Of a stretch of 64,000 nt of DNA, positions 1 through 11,149 are shown piece by piece (position 1 is the first letter of the stretch; every line of letters begins with the position of its first letter). Both the position numbers and the translations under genes were made by a program. This stretch comes from Moniliella sp. 'wahieum' (taxonomy: Eukaryota). The DNA lies in the NCBI GenBank assembly GCA_003971905.1, contig RSEE01000052.1, positions 248,001 through 312,000 on the forward strand. Reading direction: 5' to 3'. The notes below the pieces were generated by a model. The model was not told the DNA's origin. It saw only the letters and a program-made list of their open reading frames with translations, and ran no database searches.

Positions 1-342
1 GGAGGGCTGCCTGCTTTTTGAACCCCAACCAACCCCACCCCCCGTACCAATGCCAATGCAAGTTGACAGCGCTCGATGTATTAGTCCAGAAGAATACGTG
101 CCTCTGCTCTTCGGTGCCCATCCAGCTGCGTCCGATCGTACAGACGACAAATTGTAGAATGAAAAGGAATTATAGTATGCACGTGCCCATGTGAGTGCCG
201 CCTTCCCTCAGGCCCAGGTGCAGAGCGGAACAGACACTGGTTGGTGTCACGGTTATATTAACCGCGCTAGCGAAGAGGCCGATAAGGCCTGGTCCGCTCC
301 AGGTGAACAGGTTCGCATGTGTAGCTCGTAGAGTGTGTGGTT

Positions 343-1840
343 TCATGCCAGCTCCAGGCCCGCTGCGGCCCAGGTCTCGAGCACCGACTCGCGCAGCCGT
401 TGCAAGCCCTTCTCCACCAGGTCGAGGGGCACAATGGAAAAGGAGATGCGCACATGTGCGCTCGGGTCCTCCACGCCCGGGGTAAATGCGTAGCCTGGGA
501 CGGCCAAGACACCCTTATCGCGAGCCACTTTTTCAATCAAAATTTTGGAGTCGCCAATCTTGCTGGCAGGGGTAGGGGGCAGACGCAGTTTAAGGAAGTA
601 GAACATGCCAGCCGAGGGCACAACCCAAGTGGCCACAGACACTTGCTTTCCATCGCCGCCACTGCCCAGCACCTTCTCCAACGCCGCCTCGACAAAGTTG
701 CGTCGCTCGAGATAAAAGTGGGCAACCTTGTCGCAATGAACAAGGAAGGTATCGAACCCCCAGTGCTGTAGGATGGTTTGGACAACGGCCTGCGCCGTGT
801 ACGACGGCTGGAGTTGGTAGGTGCCGGTAACGAGCTCCATCGCCTTGATCAAAGGTGCAGGGCCGGTAGCGACGCCGATACGCATGCCTGCAGCCATGAT
901 CTTACTAAAGGAGTCAAAGCGCAACACGCGCCCATCCCCCCAGGTCGTGACCTGTTCTTGTTCAAGGGCAAGGTAACTCTTCGGGCGCGGGCGGACGAGT
1001 CTTGCCCCAAGCCGTCAAAGGAGAGGAAATAGTACGGATCGTCCTCCAAAAGGAGCAGTCCAAACTCGCGGGTAATGGACAAGATCTCCCGCCTACGCTC
1101 CTCGTCCGCCGTGGCACCACTGGGATTGCCGCCAGTGGGAATGGTGTAGAGCACCTTGGGGAAGCGCATCCCTTTCGACTTGGGGTGACTGTTCCACTGC
1201 TCCAATGTGGTGCGAAGCGCGCGGGGCTCCAGCCTCGGGCATCAGTGGGGACGCTATACAACTGGTTACCCAACAGTGCCGCGGCGCCCGTAGCCTCACT
1301 GAAGATAGACATTAGCTGTGGGTAAACTGATACAGGGAAAGCACATACGGGAACGTAGGACCTTCCACGAGCAGCGTGTCGCCCGGATCGGTGAGGACAA
1401 TCATCACTTTGCAAATCAAGTCTTGGGAACCGTTGCCTGTCATGGTGGCCCAAGGCGTGTGGACGCCGGGGTTGTGCGGGTCAAAGTCAGGCTTGGCATG
1501 GAGTTTCTTCTGGTATCCATGCAGGGTTTTGACGAGCGAAGGCAAGCCGGCCGACATGCCGTACTGCAGGCTGCTTTCTAGGTCCTCAGGGAAACGCGCA
1601 ACTTGTCCGGGACGCCGGTGTGTGGGTTGGTGACGTCGACGCACATGCCGCGCACGGAAAGGCGCCCGGGTTGGGCTTGCCGGCCAAGAAGGAAACCATG
1701 CCGGGCACCTGCTCGTAGGGGAACAGACCGCGGATCGCAGGCGAGGGCCATGCGTTGAGCACCGCACTCATCCACGTGCTGGCATAGTCGACATGGGGGG
1801 AGGGGGTGGTGTGGGGAGGAGCACTGTGTGCGACGGGCAT
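343..1840 (-). CDS. ARO8: Aromatic amino acid / 2-aminoadipate aminotransferase (PLP class I), 1 intron, frameshifted
   Basis: Stitched motifs MVSFLAGKPNP, LQYGMSAG, TGNGSQDLI, LYTIPTGGNPSG, LLEDDPYY, RFDSFSKIMAAGMRIG (PLP lysine), RISFS. Intron 1348-1299 (GTATGT..GCTAAT..CAG). Confidence 0.9.
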
Positions 1841-2242
1841 AGTAATGGAGTGGATGGACTGGTGGTGGGGCCTGAGGGTCTGAGCGGGGAGCGGCTCTCG
1901 GCCAATAATATGGCAGCAACCCGAGTCACACGGTGACATGCTGACTAGTGACTGGCAGCGGACATTGATAAGTGGACAACACCCCCGTCTTTCTCCACTC
2001 GCCCCGAGGAGGCGGAATTCGAACGGACGCAAGCGCCGTCGGCAGGTTCCATCAATGGGAAAGTTGAACGTTCAATATTCAATGCCACGCGTCAAGTTTA
2101 GCATCTGAGATCGGAGATCTAAAATCTGGGACCGCTTGCCCACTCCCTTCGGTGCAACACGCTATCCCGCAATCCGCAGCCGAGCCAGGTGGGGACGTGC
2201 GGATTGCTGTTGCCGCTCACCACCTCCACCAACGGTTGTGCC

Positions 2243-3016
2243 ATGAGTGCCCTGAAGACCATCGTGATCAATCCCGCCTCAGGCGTGCCCACGGCCAGTG
2301 TCATCTTCGCACACGGCCTCGGGGACACGAGTGCCGGGTGGATTGATGTGTGTCAAATGCTGTCTCGTCGCCCGTCCCTGAGCCACGTGCGCTTCGTTCT
2401 GCCCACCGCCCCTGTGCAGCCGGTCACGCTCAACTTTGGCATGAAGATGACCTCCTGGTTCGACATCCATACTCTCGACGATATCCAGGGCAAAGAGGAC
2501 GAGGCGGGTCTTCTCAAGTCGCTCGAAGCTATCAAGGCCCTTGCGCAGGCCGAGGAGCAAGGCACCGGCACAGATGCAGCTGGCAAGATTGCCCGGGAGA
2601 GAATCGTATATGGTGGGTTTAGTCAGGGGGCCGCCTTGTCGTACCTCGCAGGTCTTTCTTCCATTTCGTTGGAAAAGCGCCCAGTGGCTGGATTCATTGC
2701 TTTGTCTGGCTGGCTCCCGCTCCGAGCCAAGGTCCAGGGCTGGTTTAAGGATGCGGAGGCTCCCCCCCAGTTGCCTGTGTTCCATGGCCATGGTGATGCA
2801 GACCCGGTGGTGCAATACACGTTTGGCCAGCGCTCCGTTGAGTTCCTCAAGGAAGGTCTCTGCCTCGGGTCGTTCCGTCAGATTGGCGATGGCCCGCGCA
2901 AGGGCCGGTACACCGGCGTCGATTTCCACACGTACAAGCACATGGCCCACAGCGCTTGCATGGAGGAGGTGGATGCGATCGCGGCTTGGCTCGAAAAGGT
3001 GGTGCCCAAGGAGTAA
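2243..3016 (+). CDS. Acyl-protein thioesterase 1 / lysophospholipase-carboxylesterase, copy A (intact)
   Basis: Uninterrupted ORF with HGLGD, FVLPTAP, SWFDI, GFSQG nucleophile, HGDADPVV, MAHS. Confidence 0.93.
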   Translation: MSALKTIVINPASGVPTASVIFAHGLGDTSAGWIDVCQMLSRRPSLSHVRFVLPTAPVQPVTLNFGMKMTSWFDIHTLDDIQGKEDEAGLLKSLEAIKALAQAEEQGTGTDAAGKIARERIVYGGFSQGAALSYLAGLSSISLEKRPVAGFIALSGWLPLRAKVQGWFKDAEAPPQLPVFHGHGDADPVVQYTFGQRSVEFLKEGLCLGSFRQIGDGPRKGRYTGVDFHTYKHMAHSACMEEVDAIAAWLEKVVPKE

Positions 3017-3846
3017 TTCACTACGTTTCCCTTGCTTTTGTGCATAGGGGGGAGGGGGCGGAGTAGTAGATGCTATTCCTCTGGCGAGATAAGTGTCGCC
3101 GAGATCTGAAGCCGTGTACTTCGCCACAACGTTCCAGCGCTAATCAACCCATCATCCTAGCCTATCTAGATGGTATTGTCGTCCCCATGCTTCTCTGCTA
3201 CTGTTTAGGCGATCCTCATTGTCTGCAAGTGGCCGCGGGATGAGTGGCGCCGGATCATTACAATGGAATGCATCAATATCTATCGCATGGGCGATCAAAA
3301 GGATGAGCCAGGTGAATATTGACACCTCTCGTGGGCGCACTAGGGCCAAAGAGCGTTCTGTCATCAGCGCTTGTACGGGTGGTCTGGTCCAGTGGATTAA
3401 GGCAGAATTCAGTAGCTTCATTGACACCACGCCATCATGGTACCGCCAGCGAATACATCGCCGGTGTGTGATGGCCGCACCCACTACTACGTGGGGCAAC
3501 AGGAATGCCAGGGCCATCGGTGCATCGGTGCAACAACACGTGTCGCATGTCAGTACATGTCAGTGCACAGTACAGTTGTCCTTGGGTTGCAGAGCTTACC
3601 CTTGGGCCTTATAACCGGCGTGGGCCTTATGGCCGGCGGGTCGCTGGGCAGGAAATAAACACGCTTAGCGTGCTGCGTTCCCGGGGGGTCGGGGGGGTCG
3701 GAACGGAATGTAAGGCGGCGCTGCTGTGGCATTGCGGCGCGCGGTGGTACAAATGGACGGCCCCCAATCTCCCTCGGCACACGAGTATTACAACCACCAC
3801 CTCTGTCTCTGGTACTCCCCCAATCGTGGACCCCACCTCTGGCCGC

Positions 3847-4621
3847 ATGAGCGTCTTGAAGACTCTTGTGATCAACCCAGCATCGGGAGCCCCGACGGCC
3901 AGTGTCATCTTTGCCCATGGCCTCGGAGACACGGGGGCTGGGTGGGTGGATGTGTGTGAGATGCTGTCTCGTCGTCCATCGTTGAGCCACGTGCGGTTTG
4001 TCCTGCCCACAGCTCCAGTGCAGCCGGTCACGCTCAATGGGGGCAGCAAGATGACGGCCTGGTTCGACATTCGCCAGCTCAACGTCTCCGACGGTAACGA
4101 GGACGAGGCTGGGCTGCTCAAGTCACTCGAGGCGATCAAGGCTCTTGCTCGGGCGGAAGAGCAGGGGACTGGTCCCGAATTGGCCGGCACCCAGATCGCC
4201 CGGAAAGGATCGTGTATGGTGGATTTAGTCAGGGTGCGGCTCGGCTTATCTCGCCGGTCTTTCCTCGGTGGTCAGAGGAGAAACGGCCAGTAGGCGGGTT
4301 CATTGCCTTATCGGGCCGGCTGCTGTTGCGGAGCAAGATCCAGGCATGGTTTGAAAATGTCGAGTCGCCACCTCTGGTGCCCGCGTTCCATGGTCATGGG
4401 GAGGCAGATCCCGTAGTGCAATACTCGTTTGCCCGAGTGCCGTCAAGTTTATCAGGGATGACCTCCATTTCGGACCCTTCCGCCAAATTGGCGACGGCCC
4501 GCACAAGGGTCAGTACGCCGGTTTGGAGTTCCACACCTACAAGAATATGGGCCACAGTGTTTGTATGGAGGAGGTGGAGCACATCGCAACTTGGCTTGAA
4601 AAAGTGCTGCCCAAGCAATGA
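3847..4621 (+). CDS. Acyl-protein thioesterase 1, tandem paralogue copy B (several frameshifts)
   Basis: MSVLKTLVINPASGAPTASVIFAHGLGD.., GFSQG, HGEADPVV, FHTYKNMGHSVCMEEV..WLEKVLPKQ*; collinear with copy A when frames are stitched. Confidence 0.88.
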
Positions 4622-4785
4622 TTCATTGCCTCGTCCTTGCGTGTGTACAAGAAATGCAGCATAAGCTAGACATCTCCTCATTGCAAGGGGCGGTGCAGCA
4701 AAAGAGTGGGGATAAAAACAGGTCAGCGCTAGTTCAGCCGAAAATAATAATGAGCAGGGAACAGATGCTTGAACGCCAGGTTGGC

Positions 4786-6241
4786 TCAAACGCCGGTGGG
4801 AACGACAATGGTCTGACCAATGCCAGACGTGGTAAACTCGTCGGGGTCGAGGCCGGCCTTATCGGCTTCCTGAGCCAGGACCAATTTGGGTTCGCTCGCG
4901 GGCTCAGAAGTCAACTTCCACACGCCCCAATGGATGCCAATCGTCTTGCGCGACCGCACCTCTTGGTGCATCTGGACTGCCTCCCAAGGCCCGATATGGA
5001 TGGGGGAGAAAGCCAGCGCGGGCCATAGGCACCGATTGGGATCATGCTCAAGTCGAACGGGCCCAAAGTTTCGCCTACCTCGCGGAAGGCAGGGCAGGTG
5101 GGGAGTGCAGCAATCTCTTCTTCGGTCGATCCTCGGGGGATTGAGCGATAACCCGTCTGAAGAGAAAATGTCGGAAGAAAGGGGGGATGGGTCAGTATCA
5201 ACGTAAAGCAAGGAGGATTCTGCGTACATCTCCAGCAAAGTAGACCTTGGCGGTGGGCTTGTCGTCCTGCAGTACCTCCATCGTAAACCCAGCCCATAAG
5301 GTCTTGTTGCGGTCCAGGAGTCCTCGAGAGCTAAAGTGTTGGGCGGGCACAGCCGTAACACGGACACGAGCACCATCATCGCGTTCGAGAATACGGGCCT
5401 GCCACCAGTCCAGCTCCGTAATCCCATCAGAAGGGAACCCAAGCGAAGCAAGCCAGCGCTTTGTACCCAGAGTACAAAACACGTGGGGAACAGATCGGCC
5501 TTGTTCCGGGTTAGCCTGGGCTAAGATGGCGGAGAGGGTCGCAACGTCGGTATGGTCATAGTGATTGTGGGAAATAACCAGAACATCAGGCCAGGCACCG
5601 GGAAGCTGAGCAAGCTGCTCAACTAGTGGGGCAACGGGTAAAGCGTGCGGGGCCGAGAAAAGTAAAAGGTGAGCTAGGGGCAGGGGGGGATAAAAAACGA
5701 GGTCAGTTCATCTCAGCGTGTGGAGGGGGGGAGGGGATAGGGGCTGGATGCTGGGGACGTACCAGCGGTGGGAAAACACTGGGTCGGTGAGAACAACGAG
5801 GCGCTTGCCCTTGCCGGTAGGAAGCTGGATGTGGCTGGCAGCGTGGCCGAGCCAGGTATAGATGATGTCGGTGGCTGCTGCTGCAGCCGACGGCGGAGGC
5901 TGGAAGGTGGCATCCTCGACTGGCGGGAGGGCATCGCCGCCGGGGAAGGGCGTTGGGTCGGCCGCGTCTGGGGATCGGGCGAGGGAGGCGGCAGCGATGG
6001 TGGGCAGGCCGCGCTGGCCGACGAGACCGGGGGGAGTGCCAGCCGAGGCCCAGGGCGATTTGAAGGAGCCATTGCGGGTGCGGTGGTGGGGCGGGGGGCT
6101 GGTGCGGTAGGCCGGGGGCGCGACGGAGGGCGCGTCGAGCACGGTGCAGGTGGGCATGGGGCTGGGCGTGGCGGCGGCTAGGGCGGCGGTGGTGGCAGTG
6201 GCGCGGACAAGCGGCTGGGCGAGGGCAGCAGCAGCACGCAT
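4786..6241 (-). CDS. N-acyl-phosphatidylethanolamine phospholipase D (metallo-beta-lactamase fold, Fmp30-like), 2 introns
   Basis: [62 protein letters not shown]. Introns 5762-5674 and 5227-5157. Start codon uncertain. Confidence 0.9.
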
Positions 6242-6930
6242 ACGTGGGGGCAGCGCCAGCTGTAACGGCCAGGCAAGGGGTAAGGCCGAGGCGCAAGAAG
6301 GGGCGCCTGCTGGGAACGGCGTATGTAGCCAAAACTAGCCAGACCCTTCTGGCTTTAAAGATCGACAGGCGTTGCCAGAAATCAGCGATCAGTACTGAGA
6401 TCAGCGCTCAGCCACCGACTCAACACACTCCGCGGCACGGCGGCAACCGGCCCTGTAGCAGCTTAAAGCTTAACCCCGGCGCCTCGCCCCAGCCCAGCGT
6501 GGGGGCAGGGGTGGTGCAAGGTGGTGCCTCCCTTCTTCGGCTCCTGCCGCACTCGGCCTGGGATCGATGATCGATGATCGGGGCGCAATCGCCAAGGACT
6601 TCACACGCCGGTGGGGGCATGTGAGAGCGGATGGTGGTTAAGCGCAATGGTATGCGCTAAGGGGTTTGCTTGGACATGAGGGGCAGTAGAAACTGCCGGG
6701 AAGATGGATGCGAATAGGGGGTCTGTATTTGGATGTACATGCCAGTAGTGTCGATAACTCTAGTGTACGCGACCTACTACGCCCTTGCCACTGTGCTATT
6801 ATGAGGTCTCCGCGGTGTGGACGGATTGACAAATGCGCTTCGGTCATTGAATGCCGATGGCCCCTCACTTGAATCGTGTTGCACGGGCAGGTTGGTTGGT
6901 GTGGTACCATCCGCACTATCCTCCTACACC

Positions 6931-7874
6931 TCATCTTGCATGTGACGCAGTCCGGTTCAGGACTCGGGTGCTGTGATGGCAAGCATAAGGGATGTCGTAC
7001 GGCATGAGCAGATGAGGCGGTCTGGCCCACCGCTGTGAGCCGGCAACCCAAATAGCCACCACCTCGATGGCAAACCACGGTAACTGCCTCAAGTAACTAC
7101 TACCTCGTAGCCGCCGGCGCCACCGCGGCCTCGTCCGCGGTCTCTCCCGGTCATGCTCGTCTGGCTGTGCGTCGCGGCTTCCGAAGGCGCCGGGATTGAG
7201 GGGGCCGAGGTTGTACTGGGGGACTTCCGTGTTGGAAGCTTCAAGTAGAGCCACCGCCTGGCGCACCTCGGCGTAGCTGCTGTTGCGATGGAGGTACAGC
7301 CACCCCCGATCGGTGACACCCGCCCGTAGCATTTGGGCCAGCGCAATATCGCACAGCTTGCTCTTTGATGCCATCTCGTACTGGCGTACTGCCATGGTGA
7401 ACTCATTCAGGTATTGGCGGCCCGAGTTGGTACCCATTTTGGTAGTGATAGCCTTTCTCAGTAGATCACAAATCTCAGTGTCTGAATAAACGCGTGCACC
7501 TTCATCGAGGGCGAGAGCGTCCTCCGCGATGGGAGTGGTAAGAAGTGAGGTCGAGGTTTTGAACCAAGACTCTTGCGCATGGAACCTCATGAGGTGCGAT
7601 ATCTGCTTATGCAGTTTAATGAGGCACTTGTGAACGGAGCCTGCAGCCGAAACATCATTGCGATAAAGGGGTAGCAATGTGGTCAGAACATCCATGTGGG
7701 TGGTACACGCGGTCAGCTGTGCCATGTACGTGCCATGCTGTTCGGCATGCATGGGGGGCGCATTGTCCCAAAGAATTTGGTAGGCATACTGGTAGTCGGA
7801 AACATCTCTGCGGCAACGTTAACAGTGGGTGGCGCTGCGCCCGCCGGGGGGATATAGGTATTGATCCAGGACAT
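6931..7874 (-). mobile_element. Orphan gag-like ORF, probable LTR-retrotransposon relic without pol
   Basis: Stitched ORF from ATG 7874 (MSWINTYIPPAGAAPP..) into the 273 aa ORF. Helical-looking core with SGRQYLNEF (resembles the Gag major homology region), then YAEVRQAVALLE and an RGRGRGG..GY-rich tail. No clean CCHC knuckle, RT, integrase or LTR pair seen. Confidence 0.4.
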
Positions 7875-8586
7875 ATCGATTGTTCGTCAAAGTTCAGGGA
7901 TTGGCGTCAAGAGGATTGCGACAGACCGGAGGAACCCATGGGATTGTGGGTAATGAACCTCTGGAGGAGTAGAACAATGCGATGTCGATGGTGGTGGTGG
8001 TTGGATGAGTCTAAAGCTTGCTGCCACACCCGTGAAGGAGACAGGGGTTCAAACAAGCCGGAGTATCACGTGGAGGCTTCGGAGGTCAAAATAAGGGGTC
8101 AAGCTTCAAGGGTGATAGGGCGTAGATATGGCGCCTTGGCCTACATACAGGACTGATGTGGGTTCTCATCGAGATTTTCGCAAACGGCGGCTCGTATACC
8201 ACAGCTCATCTTATAACATCTGACCGCTCTTTTGCCCTCAAGGCGAAGTCGAGTACTTCTCCAAATAGGTCTTAGGCTGCGTGGCCCCGTGTGTCGTTCG
8301 TCTTTAGGAGTTTCTCTACGTGGGGTGGTTTCAAGAGCAACTAAGAAGCACCCGAGCCCTTTGAGACGAGAAGAGTATAGCCGCGACGAGATGTGAAAGT
8401 GAATAGAAAAGACTCTTGTCGCACTTTGCCTCATCCGCGTCTCAGGCATTGGTACCCTCGTACAGGTGTTTCCAGACACTTCACCGCCTTCACGTCAACT
8501 CGGGTCTGTCCAGCCATTACTCCCAGCAGTGCATATGCCACGGTGATCAGAAAATGTTAAGACTTGAGCTAGGGGCTTAACATAAC

Positions 8587-8668
8587 GGTTCCATATTGTA
8601 GTTGGTTAGCAAGTAGGATCTGATTTGATCAATTTCCTGAAACCTGGGTTCGAATCCCAGTGGGACCT
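8587..8668 (+). tRNA. tRNA-Gln (probably CTG) with a short intron
   Basis: Acceptor GGTTCCA/TGGGACC, D-stem TTGT/GCAA, anticodon stem TAGGA/TCCTG, T-arm CTGGG-TTCGAAT-CCCAG, followed by T7. Body matches the fungal tRNA-Gln pattern; the loop looks one T short. Confidence 0.85.
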
Positions 8669-8674
8669 TTTTTT
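8668..8674 (+). terminator. RNA polymerase III oligo-T terminator of tRNA-Gln
   Basis: Run of T immediately at the tRNA 3' end. Confidence 0.75.
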
Positions 8675-8742
8675 GGCTGGCAAGAGTTAGGCAGAATCAC
8701 CGATCAATGTAGTGCAGCGGTCAGATTGCCGGAGACTGCGCG

Positions 8743-10509
8743 ATGGCTCCAACCAGGGCACGCGCGTGGAACATCGACCGCGTTCTTTCCCATTCTTCTT
8801 GGCCCTTGTGCACCATCATCTGCCGATCGAGCATGTCGTACTCATCCGATCCCCGCACGCTCTTTCAGTCGGGCGCAGCACAGGCGACGGGCGAGCGGCG
8901 AGCACAGCGTGCCCAACAGCTTGCCAGCTTCACTGCCCAGTCTGGCTGGCCCATCAGTTTGGGCCCATCGGCGTGCCCGCCGGCCACAATCCCTCGGGTC
9001 AGGTTTCCTCCCAACACACCCTCGACCCCCCCGCGGTGCCGCGCTGGACGGCGGACGCTTCAAAGCCCTCTCCATTGCCGCAGCCCCACGTGATGTGATG
9101 GCCGTAACCGAGGCCTCGGGCATCGTCCGCGCTGTGCACGCCATCTCGGGGGCCAGCTTGGCCACCTATCCGGCCAGTACAGGGCCTGTCGCGGCAGTGC
9201 TGCCCCTTACATCGGGACGTGCGCTGATGATCACATCGGGCTGGGACAAGTCGCTGCGGTTCTTTGCCCTGGACCACCTGTGGACGAGGCGTTTGCCCCT
9301 CCCCCACGCTCCGACACGTTGGTTCCTGCCCCAACGCCGCCGCCTCAACCGCCAGCCAAGGTGGCGCTTGCCAGGCCGATCCTTGTCCTTCCCGACGTGT
9401 CGGCGGACCTGGTCAAGGCGTTGGCCTGGGACCCAGCCACGAAGGCCGTCATCGTGTCAGCAGCGACGCTACAATCCGGGTCTACGATGCTGCTCCTCTG
9501 GTCGCGCTGCAAAAGATGGCCGCGAGTACATGGCGTGTGCTGGCGCAACCATGGGGTGGGCCGTCTGTTCCCCCGCCCAGCATGCCCAGGCCACCGCAGC
9601 GCTTCCTCTTCCCGTTCCGGTCGCCGCGTTGCGTCTTCACACCCGCCCCATCCTTGCCCTCTTGGTTGCACCCCCCAAGGTGCGGGGCAGTCGGACCCAG
9701 CGTGCCACTTTCTTTGCTGCCGACTCGATGGCCGGATCGGGGAGTACACCTTGGCCCGGACACAAATGGCGCGTTACAATTGAACCTGCGTCGTGAGCTG
9801 CGAGGCCACGAGACGGCGGTCAATGCCTTGTCAATCGGCGTGGTGGCGGTGGAGAAACCGAGAGCGGTGGGGCAATCCAATGAGGAAGCAGGAGGAGAGG
9901 AGGAAGTGCCGATCCGCATCCTTTGGTCTGCCAGCGGTGATAAGACTGTCCGTGGGTGGATTTTGGATCTCTTCCGGCCGGGGTGCGGCCTGGGCCTTGG
10001 GGCGGCCATGGTGCCGGACAGAACGGTCGTCAAAGGCGACGCCGCTGCCGGCAAGGATGCGCCGCTGTATGCGTCGTATGTGCTGCCCCTACCGGACGCT
10101 GGGCGGGCGGCGCTGATGCTGCCCATAATGGTGGGCGACGGAGATCGGTTGGCGGTGGTAACGGCTGGGGCAGATGAGGACTCAGGGTGTGGTCGGTGCC
10201 AGCGCCGGGCCCAGACCAGCTGGACACTACGCCCAGCGACCAGTGGCTGCGTCGGGTCGTACCTGCCCACTGGCACGAGGTCACGGGACTCGTGTATTGG
10301 ACATGGAGCGAAGTGCCTTACATTGTTCTTCTTCGGGCCTGGATGGCGTGGTGCGGCGCTGGAAGGTGGACGACCTCCTGGCCCCGGCCCCGATCCCGGC
10401 CCCAGCTCCGGCCGATCCGATCCCCGCCCCCCAAGGAGATCAGCCGGGAGCCTTTGGCATGACAGCTGATGAGGAAGCTGAGCTGGAAGCACTGATGGCG
10501 GACGACTAA
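8743..10509 (+). CDS. WD40-repeat protein (frameshifted)
   Basis: Repeat ends ITSGWDKSLRFF, LVKALAWD..DATIRVYD, LRLHTRPI, LRGHETAVNAL..WSASGDKTVRGW, VVTAGADED, HWHEV..SSGLDGVVRRWK; acidic C-terminus MTADEEAELEALMADD*. Confidence 0.8.
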
Positions 10510-10816
10510 GCTTGTTATTACCCCCCCCTGTGTCGGCGTCAGTTGTACACACACACTTACTTGGTCTGGCCATGATTGCATATGCAGATGCACCAGAGGT
10601 CGATAGGCGCCGATGCGATGGAGGTGGTAGAGATTATGAGAGCGACATGAGCTGTAGGCGCCATGCTGGTGGGTTGGGATCAGAGCGCGCGATGTCTCTG
10701 ACACAACTGGGTGGGGCAGCCGCTTTGGAAGAGGACTGATCTATACTACGGCGGTGCTCTCCAGGGCGGACAGTCAGAAATCAAGCCTAACGGGCGGGGC
10801 CCCCAGAAAAAGAAAA

Positions 10817-10916
10817 TGTCGTGTCCCGGGATCGAACCGGGGACCTTGAGGAATCCTGAGGATTTGTTATTGAAGCACACTTCAATCTCACGCTCTCCCA
10901 TCTGAGCTAACCCGAC
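10817..10916 (-). tRNA. tRNA-Phe(GAA) with intron
   Basis: Minus strand: GTCGGGT-TA-GCTC-AGATGGGA-GAGC-G-TGAGA-TT-GAA-G-[intron]-..CTCA-AGGTC-CCCGG-TTCGATC-CCGGG-ACACGAC-A, then TTTTCTTTTT. Intron carries CTTCAAT, complementary to the anticodon loop. Confidence 0.85.
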
Positions 10917-11149
10917 ATATGCGGCGGCAGCGAAAATAACGCATGAGTTCTCTCTCTTCTACTCATCTCATCGCCGTCTCCCCGATCTCTGTGGGCAATA
11001 CTATCGCTGTACGACGGACAAACACGGGCAGAGCATTGCAACGCATGCAATGTAGCTTACATTTACAATTCCAACATCCCCCACACCCCCAACCTTGCGT
11101 GGGTGGCCCACAACTCCCCTCCCCCCTCCATGCAGCACTCGGTCCTTCG

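Noticed and set aside
8189..8201. TGGTATACGAGCC (minus strand) as a primer-binding site for the gag-like element
   Set aside because: Only loosely resembles a tRNA-iMet PBS, is not directly preceded by an LTR-ending CA, and no second LTR is visible.
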